Made by a program: the position numbers and the translations under genes. Below, one piece after another: positions 54,923 through 64,000 of a stretch of DNA of 64,000 nt. The notes beneath the pieces are model-generated. The model did not search any database. It saw nothing but the letters and a program-made list of their open reading frames with translations, and was not told the DNA's origin. Positions within the stretch are counted from its first letter, which is position 1; every line of letters starts with the position of its first letter. Source of the DNA: Eledone cirrhosa (Eukaryota); contig OZ024743.1 in assembly GCA_964016885.1 (NCBI GenBank), positions 158,844,001 to 158,908,000 of the forward strand, given 5' to 3'.

Positions 54923-57900
54923 CTTGAATCTCAGTCATTGATGTTGGTTAACTGGAAAGTCCGTTGGAATGAATATCAAGCCACTACCTGCAGCCTCAGA
55001 TATTCAGGACGTATCGGAGGGTTCTTGCTGTTCCCAGCAAGCATGCCTTTTGAAGCGTTCCAAAAAGCGTGAAGGGGCCGATTTTCCATAACCATCCCTG
55101 GAATCTTTTGGAGATCGTCCCCAGTGCGCCTATGACAATCGCGATCACTTTGACTTCATGGCAGTTCCAAATCCTTTTCACCTCCCACTTTAGGTCCTGG
55201 TATCGGTTAATTTTCTCCAACTCCTTCTCTTGCACTCTCGTGTCGAATGGGCAGGCCACATCCACAATCAGACACGATTTTTTTTCTTTGTCCACAACCA
55301 CCAGGTCAGGTCTATTGTGTTCCAGTTTCTTGTCCGTCTGTATCCTAAAATCCCACAGCACCTTCACCTGATCGTTCTCCATCACCGCCTCTGGCCTATG
55401 CTCGTACCATTTCTCAGAATGTGGTAAATTGTTTACTTTGCACAGGTGCCAGTGGATCACCCTGCCCATCACATCGTGTCTCCAGCCCTTATAGTGGGTC
55501 TGGGCTAGGTGTTTACACTCGGATACAATGTGAGCCACAGTCGCCTCTCTCTCTCCACAGATCCTGCACAGTGGGCTAGCCTCCTCCTTGTAAATATAGT
55601 GTTTCAACCACTTCGTTTTGAGGGCCTGCTCCTGCGCAGCCATTAACATTCCTTCTGTAGCCTTTTTGAGGTCTCCTCTTCTCAACCAGTTCCATGTCTG
55701 TGGATCTCTAAATTCAGTTTTCTCAAAGAAGGTACTATGAAGCGATTTCCCCTGAAGGCTGCTCTTTCTCCTAGATGTTATTTCCTCCTTGGTCATCCCC
55801 TGGCCTATTGTCCCCTCCTTCAGTACAGTTCTGAGCATTGGCTCCTTACCATCAGTCACGTATCTGTATAGGTTGTTTTTCTCCATCTGAACACAGTCCT
55901 CTATGCTGATAAGACCTCTTCCACCCTCAGATCTCCTTAGGTAGAGTCTATCGACATCACTCCTCTTGTGGAACATGTTGTAGATAGTCAATAGCTTCCT
56001 AGTCTTCCTATCCATTTCTTTTGTTCAGCAACATTCCATCTCAGAATTCCCGCACTGTACCTAATAATAGACACAGCTCGGGAATTTACTGCGCTTATGG
56101 CATTTTTGCTGTTCAGATGTGACTTCAATACGCTCCTTACTCTCCGAATGTATTCAGTTCTTAACAATTCCTTCATTTTTTTTGTTCTTTATGCCATCAG
56201 CCTCCAGAATGCCCAAATACTTGTATCCTTCCTCAGAGTCAATTTCCTTTATCATCTCACCTGTTGGTATCTGGATTCCGTTACTTCTGCTCAACCTACC
56301 CCTCCTCATCACAATGACTCCACACTTACTAATACCAAACTGCATACATATATCACTGCTGAAAATACGGACAGTGTCAACAAGCACATCCAACTCCTTC
56401 TCACTCGTCCCGAAGAGCTTAAGATCATCCACGAAGAGGAGGTGACTGATGGTAAGCTCTCCCTTTCCCAACTTGTATCCTGCTCTCGCTTTTCGCAGCA
56501 TAATGGTCAAGGGCATAAGGGCAAGGACAAACAACAGAGGGGACAGGCTGTCTCCCTGGAAGATACCTCTCTTGATCTTCACGCTTCCCAAGGATTCTCC
56601 AGTTGATGTTAACTCTGTCTCCCAGGACCCCATACTCCTGCCCAGCATCTGTCTGATGTTATCTGCCACCTTGAAGATCTCCAAGCTTTTGGTGATCCAA
56701 GAATGAGGCACCATGTCAAATGCCTTTCTGGAGTCTATCCATCCCATGGCAAGATCAGTGTGTCTCCTCCTGCAATTCCCCATTACCATCTTATCAATAA
56801 GCAACTGGTCCTTTGAACCACGTGACTTCTTTTGGCATCCTTTCTGTTCGTCCGGTAACAAGTTGTTTGTGTGGAGGTGATGGTAGATTTCCTCAGACAC
56901 AATGCTCGTCAACAGTTTCCACATTACGGACAGACATGTGATAGGTCTATAGTTGGTAACATCATTACCCTTGATTCGGTCTTTCATTATCAGAACTGTG
57001 GTACCTTTTGTCAACCACTCTGGCACCTCACCCGACACCAAGCAGTCATTGAACATGGCTGTCAGTTTCCGGTGGAGGGATGTAAAATTTTTAATCTAAT
57101 ACCCCTGCACACCATCTGGGCCTGGTGATTTCCAGTTGGTTAGTTTTTTGGCCTGCCCCTTAAGAGTTTCAACTGTGATACTCAAATCAGTTTGTTGGTG
57201 TGCCTGCTCACCGATCTCCCTCTGTACTGTCTCAATCCACCCTGCCTGGTCATTATGTCTAACATCCTGCTCCCATATTCCTCTCCAGAATGTTTTAGTT
57301 TGTTCCGCCTCAGGGATCAAGTCGTTGCCTCTTTCTTTCCCCTCAAGCTGTCCAAACAGCATCTTCTGGTTGTTGTCGAACATGCGGTTCTGTTTATACT
57401 GACTGACTCTGTTCTCGTATCGCCTGATTTTTGCACTCTTTGCTACAATGCGTTGCTTCAGTTCCTCTATGATAATATTTAGCTTTTTCCTCCTAGTTTT
57501 GTACTTTATTTCCAGTCTATTTTTAGTGCCTATGTTTTTTAGTGTCCCATTCATTAGTGACTCAAGCTTTCCTATGTCATTTCTCATTTCCTTGATTTGA
57601 CCACTCAGTCGTTTCTTCCACCAAGGCTCCGCTCTTTCTTGTCTGTTGTTTCCTCTCGCTTTTATACCAAGTAGTTTCCTCACCGTATTTGCTGTTGCTT
57701 TGAGGATATTGTTGCACTGGTGAAGACTCCTCGCCTCAAGGTATGGGATGACTTTGTTTACCTTAGCTGTTGTTTCTTTTAACTTTTTCCTGTCTACAAA
57801 TCTTAGGTTCATAGGTCTCCCACTATCATTGTTCAATTCATCTACCACTAAATTTAGGATGTCAACCGAATCTTGTCCTAGCCCGTCAGCATTCATCTCC

Positions 57901-59225
57901 TCAGTGGCCGTATCTCTGTTCCAGGTATTATTTATCTCAGTATTCAGATCATTGTCTGCTTCGGGTGTTTCGTCCGTTCTCTCGACCTCTTCACCTTCAT
58001 TTCCCACTGGCTCGTTTCTCTGGCATACTACACCCTCCATCTCCAAGCTATTCTCTCTGCTCACTTCCTCCAGTTCCAGCTCGCTTATCCACCCATTAGT
58101 TCTTATTACCCGAGCCTGCCCGGCCAATTTTTGTTCATCTAATTTAAATAGACCAATCTCGTTCCAGATGTTATGCATCCGTCTCCTATAGCCCCTCTCC
58201 TTGGGGTTACTTTTCAGGTAACATTGCATAACAGTTCTATTCAATTCTTTCGTCCAGTTGGTTCCGGCCCCTTTCCTTCTTCTTCTTCCTCCAACACCAG
58301 CAGTATTTGGTTGACAGCCAGATTCCTGCTGCTGAGCCAGGGAGCACCTGTTGGGTGAGAGTCTGTCACATGACGTTCTAGTCTCCATTTCACCGTTATT
58401 CGAACTGTTTAGGTTCGATATTTAAACACTCTTATCGAGGATTGGCGAATGTATGGTTACATAGCCATCTGTGGATTCACCGTCTCCGGTGGTTGCGCCA
58501 CTCCACTTGGCTCTTGTGTGGCATTATCACCACGCTGTAGACGAACACAAATAAACAAACAAACACACAGGCAGAAAAAAACCCCAAAATGAATAAGCAT
58601 AAGTTTCATTGTAATGTAGTGTTCGAATGTCTGACTTAGTTTTTCCCTTCTCTTCTCTGTCCGTCCGCTTGTTTCTCCCTTCATTCTTATTTTCTTTACG
58701 TTTTTTTTTTGTTTTTTGTTTTTTGTTTTTGTTTTTCTGTTTGTTTATCTCGTTTTTTACTGTTGTTGCTGTGCTGCTTTGGTTTTGATGTTTGTTTTTT
58801 CTTTTTTCTTTTGAGTCTATCTATATATTTTGATGCCTTCCTCTTTTTTAGTAGGAATTCTATAATGTGGTGGCAGCAACTAGCAGGAAGCAATGGGAGA
58901 TAATAGCGGCGGTAGCGATACTGAGACAGTGGTGGTGGTGATGTCGATACCGAGGCAGTGGTGGTGGTGATGTGGTCGTATTACTGTAGTGATGGTGTTG
59001 TAGCGGTGGTAGCAATGAAGGAGTGGTGGCGGCGGTGATGGGATAGTGGTAGTAATGATGGCAGTAGTGATGGTGTTGTAGCGGTGGTAGCAATGAAGGA
59101 CTGATGTCCGTTCGGTGAATCTATGGGGTTAGTCGCGTATATGTGTTGACCTAAATTCCCTTAATGTTTGGATTAAACATTTTGTTAAGACTTGGGACAA
59201 TAATAATAGTATTTTTTATTATCCT
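54922..59225 (-). mobile_element. Near full-length Dong/R4 family A copy D7 with frameshifts
   Basis: ORF split into 54996-56015, 55988-56176, 56154-57056, 57096-58388; FVDD at the RT site. Confidence 0.92.
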
Positions 59226-59456
59226 TATTATTATTATTATTATTATTGGCGACCTACGTAGTAAATTGTATCATCGTGAGCTCCGCAAAGGTTAGTTATT
59301 TCCGTTTGTTAAAAATTGCCATTTATGGAAAATTTTTATTGTTAACTATATATAAGCGCACATACATTGTTTTCCGAAAAGGACACCCAAAAGGATTGGG
59401 GCCTTGTACCCAAAATTTAAACTTTTATGATTATCAAAAAATTTCTTTGAAAAGAA

Positions 59457-61405
59457 ATGGCTAATTCACCACTGCACCAAGCAGCTGAAAGCCTTTCTCA
59501 CAAATTAACACCTCACACCGACACCACCATTGTAAATGATTATACGTCTTCCAACACAAACAATTTAAGCACTAGCAATATTTTAAATTTGTCTCAGGCA
59601 GACATTCATTTCCCGCCATTACCAATGACTGCAGGTGTTAAAGCCGCCACCACCACCGCGACAACCCCCTCCACCACCGCGACAACAGAAACAAAAGGAA
59701 AAAATAAATCAACTCGTGATGTCGAAATATTTTCAACCAAAATGGACTCTCCCAAACCGACTTTCACTGACGTCACCACCACCACAACTGAAACTAAAAT
59801 TAATAATAACAAAAATAACGATAGCAACAACAACAACAATGACATTAAAAAAACCACCCTTTGTTTTGCTAGAGTAGCAAAACAGTTCGAAGCATTTACG
59901 GTAACTCAGGAGGATTTAGAAAATGCCCAAAAAATGGTAAAGAAAGATGGGTACAGGGTCAGCCTCACCCCCCACCTAATAAAATGGAGCATCGGCGCCT
60001 ATGCACCGTGTCGTATCGAACAATAAATGTAAAATCGCACCGAGTGGAACGGGCATCCGAGTCCCAAATCCCAAAAGCTTTTGGACATGTGTGGGCAAGA
60101 AAAACCCACATCAGACGTGGGCAGAAGTATGGAACCGTGGACGTATTCTTTGAAACACCAGAGGAGGCTAGAGAACACTCCATGGCCCCATTAAGAAGTG
60201 ACGACTTCACACTCGTCCCAAGCTATTGTGACCAGAGATTCGTAAAGATCAGCGTGACCCACGTTCCACCGGCCATCGAAATTCCCTGGCTAATAGCGGC
60301 CGTCCTCGCCGGCATCGAAGCCAACACAAAGATAATAGCAATAGCAAAAGAAAAGCAGGAGAACTAGTCCGGATCTGGGATGGAGCTCCTGATCCAAGCG
60401 GACCAAAAAAGCATTGAGGAGATCCCAGAGGTAATAGACCTCACTGACGGCAGCCACCTCACGGTAATTGTCGAGGGCAGAAGGCCTAGGTGTGTCGTTT
60501 GTGGTGAAGGAACCCACCTAAGGGCTTTCTGCCCTCAGGCTAAAAGGTTGAGGCCACCTCTCCTACCCACCCCAGTGACACAACCATCAACACCACCAGT
60601 AGCAGAGATGGCAGCAACAACTGTAGCAGCAACAACAGATGCAACTATAACATTAACAACCCCAGCAACAGTAGCAAAACCAACACCACCACCACCCAAC
60701 GCTTCAGAACTAGCACCAGCGCCTACCCCATCCACCACGCCACAACCAAAACTAACGCCTGTGGAGGATTTTCCACTCCCCGGCCTATCACAACTGGAGA
60801 CAGATTGTGACGACGAGGAGTGGGAAACGGTATAAGGAAAAAAGAAAAAGAAACCAAAAAAGAAAAAAATTCTCTTCCTTCCCCCTCCAAAAACAAAATA
60901 CAGAGGGAAACAAATAAATTAACAAACAAAAAAGTTAGGACAGATATGCCACCATCCACACCAGCATCACCAACCCCATCAACCAAAACACCAACACCAT
61001 CACCATCATTAACCCCAACACCACCATCACCTACACCACAAAAGTCACCAAAATGCGAAACAGAAACAAACCCACAACAAACGCAAACAAAACAAAACAA
61101 CCAAAACGATACACACTACACAGCATTAAATTTGAACAACAATCAATTATTACACTACATCCAACACAACACCAGCATCACAGAAAAAGACTACACAACA
61201 ACCCAAAAATTCACACCACCTCCACACATACAAATCACTCGCATCACAGAAAACGTACATGACACTAAAACAAAAATTCCCCAAAGACATCGGAGACTTC
61301 CGACAAGTACTCTCCAGGAGGATTTATAAGGACATCCTTCCTGAGGAGGCCACAAGCTGTGAAAAGGATGGAAAAACCGTCCTTCCCCTACGAGAAGTAA
61401 GGTAA
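59457..61405 (+). pseudogene. T7 ORF1 (frameshifts and a stop)
   Basis: RRGQKYGTVDV, IVEGRRPRCVVCGEGTHLRAFCP (CX2CX4HX4C), Pro/Thr- and Lys-rich tail. Confidence 0.82.
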
Positions 61406-61439
61406 GTGGTCTTTCCCATTTTTTCCACTCCTTTTCAAC

Positions 61440-64000
61440 ATGACCTCACTCAGAATAGGCAGCATAAATGCGCGTGGCTTGGGGTCGTCATGGAAGCAGG
61501 GCCACCTGCTCAACGACCTTAGGTCACTAAACATAGATGTAGTGGCCATCAGCGAAACCATAATCTCCGAAGCACGGGCCTTCGCACCGATCTTCGGCGG
61601 CTACGATGTGTACGCATCTCCCAGCCGCCCGGGATCGGGGGGAGGAGTTGCTGTGCTTTTTCGGAGAGGTTTGGATCTTGCCATACGGGCCATCTTCCTG
61701 GACCCAGAAGGTAAGTTGGTGGTGCTGGACGTGACCAGCGGAGACGGGCAAGCTTTCAAGTTAGTGGCTGTCTATGCCCCGACAGAAGCAGGGCGGCCTG
61801 ATTTCTTCCGGCGTCTGGAGACCTTTCTTGGAACGTCCCGCTCTTTAGTGTTAGTGGGCGACTGGAACGGGATCTTAGATGCACGCTGGGATTGTGTGGG
61901 ATTAGTGGATAGGGGAGGAGGGTGCAAGAGTCTCACCAACCTGCTCAGGCGTTTTGAACTGTCTGACAGGTACCGAATGGATTTCCCGAATGTACCAATG
62001 TGGACTTGGACAAATCGCATAGGGTCATCCAGATCATATCTAGATAGAGTATTTTGTAGGGAAATAGATAGGTCTAGCATAGGCTGTCCACAATTCAAGA
62101 TAGTCAGCTACACGGACCACAAATTCGTGATCTGTGTACTTGATTAGATAGGCTTCATAGACGAGGACCCGGCTACTGGAAGCTAAACGCGTCTTTACCA
62201 GCGTGCAAGGCCTACAGAGACCGGATTAGCGAACTAGTTAAGCGGGCGTTGATGGGGGCCATCGTCAACAACAAGTGGTGGTTTGCTCTGAAAAGAGCAA
62301 TTAGAATAGAGTCCATTAGGTTTAGTAAGGCTTTAGCAATAGAGAAAAATAGAGCAGAGGGAGAATTAGTTAGAAAATTAGACGAGGCGCTTAGCAAAGA
62401 CATCACGACCGACGTACTTGCGGCGAAATTGGCCCTTGACCATTTCTTCAATGCAAAGCACGAAGGCTGCGTTGTCAGAGCTAGGGTGCGTGCTCTCAGA
62501 CACGAGGGGACGAAAGCCGTTCAATGGGCCCGAGTGGCGGAGGCGCGTCGTGGCAATAAAGCCACGATCCGGTCTTTGGTGGACCACGACGGGCGCATGC
62601 TACTCGATCCCGGGCAAATGTGTGAAGCTTTTCAGCGACACTTCGCTCAACTGTTCGGGGGCAGTGGCGGGCCGGATCGAGGAATGGACTTTAGTGTCTA
62701 CCTCGACGGACTGCCGCGGCTTTCGGCCACTGAGGTGGAGTGTTGCGAAAAGCCGATAACAACCGCTGAAGTACGGGAGGCAATGACTGGCTGCACAAGG
62801 GGTAAATCGCCTGGTTTGGATGGTCTGCCCTATGAACTTTACGTACAAATGCCAGACTTATTCGGAGGCCTCTTGGCGGACGTCTACTGCAACTGGCAAC
62901 AGAACGGGAGAATTCCCAGCTCTGTGAGCCGAGGAGCGGTGGCGCTGCTGAGAAAGGATCCGAACAAGGGGGATAACATAGATAATTTTAGGCCCATAAC
63001 TCTGCTAAACACAGAGTTCAAGATTTTGGCCAAGGTGCTAGCAAAGAGGTTGGCGCTTGTCGATGGTGGTCTGGTGGGAGAGGCACAGACATGCGCCATT
63101 CCCGACAGATCCATCCACGACAACCTCCACCTCATGCGATACATCGTAGAAAGGGTAGCTAGGGAACCTGGCACGGGTGGGTCTTTGATCAATTTAGATC
63201 AGTCGAAAGCCTTCGATAGGGTCGACCATCGTTACCTAGCGGCCGTCCTGAGGGCGGCTGGGTTTGGGCCCGTCTTCAGAGGCTGGATCGCTGCGATGCA
63301 CAGCGACATCTGCTCTGTAGTGAGAGTGAACGGTCACCTTTCGGAACCGTTCAACATCATGCGCTCGGTCCGCCAAGGATGTCCCCTCTCGTCCCTATTG
63401 TACGTATTGACTCTCGAGCCATTACTGCACAAACTGGAGACGTTGAGGGGGGTCCCGCGCGAACTAGGATGCGGAAGATCCGTGTCAGCATATGCGGACG
63501 ATGTCACCGTAGTGGTGTCGAACGCCAAACACATCGAGGCGATCGGCACTACACTAAGAGAATACGAAGCGGTGACAGCAGCAATGATCAACCAGGAAAA
63601 GTCAGTGGGCCTGCAGCTCGGCACCTGGAGAGGCAGGTCCATGCCGTCCAACAGCGTCGTCGGGCGCTGGACGGACGGACCGGTTAAATTGCTAGGGGTC
63701 TGGTTCGGTCCAGACCTCCAGACGGACAAAAACTGGGACGAGGTGACGAGCAGGGTGGCTTCTCTCACTCAGAAATTGGCCGATAGGAAGCTATCCCTGA
63801 AAGGTCGAGCGGAGGTGGCTAACGCGTACATCGCGTCCGTCATCTACTACCGCCTGACCGTCGTACCTTGTCATAAGCCCCGCCTGACTGCGCTGGAGCG
63901 TTTGCTCTTTCGTTTCTTGTGGAAGGGACGCGCTCCGATGGTCAGGCGGTCCATTTGCTGTCAACACCCGCTACGTGGAGGGCTGGGCATACCGTGGCTG
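61440..64000 (+). pseudogene. T7 ORF2 APE-RT, one apparent frameshift near 62145, incomplete at window end
   Basis: INARGL, VAISET, YAP, GDWN, SYLDR, TDHK; then GYWKLN, KSPGLDGLP, FRPITLLN, LDQSKAFDRVDH, RQGCPLS, AYADD. Confidence 0.92.

Larger units (their letters stand above)
59248..64000 (+). mobile_element. Second Tx1-type family (T7), 5'-complete, runs off window
   Basis: 5' UTR, ORF1 with knuckle, ORF2 clearly homologous to but diverged from T5. Confidence 0.92.

Overview
Eukaryotic, AT-rich, microsatellite-dense window made almost entirely of transposable elements; no host gene can be supported. The SINE and interspersed-repeat sequences resemble octopod cephalopod repeats (recalled, not searched). 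Left to right: (1) a tandem array of Tx1/L1-type non-LTR retrotransposons in (TATC)n, 1-9185; (2) decayed R4/Dong-clade RLE retrotransposons with (ACAT)n ends, 9290-14920; (3) tRNA-type SINEs; (4) Penelope-like element (PLE) fragments and several fold-back elements whose arms carry minimal hammerhead ribozymes, 16-29 kb; (5) a decayed Buster-type hAT transposon; (6) a compound Helitron inserted exactly inside a hammerhead ribozyme; (7) a solo LTR; (8) a 21 kb array of (TAA)n-targeting Dong/R4 retrotransposons, one with an intact 1130-aa ORF; (9) a second, nearly intact Tx1-type family running off the right edge. The most notable signals are the hammerhead-bearing palindromes with structure-preserving stem variation, the Helitron that splits a ribozyme, the partitioning of microsatellite targets among element families, and a splice-donor-like motif overlapping the ORF1 stop in both Tx1 families. 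All alignments and RNA folds were done by eye and coordinates of decayed elements are approximate.
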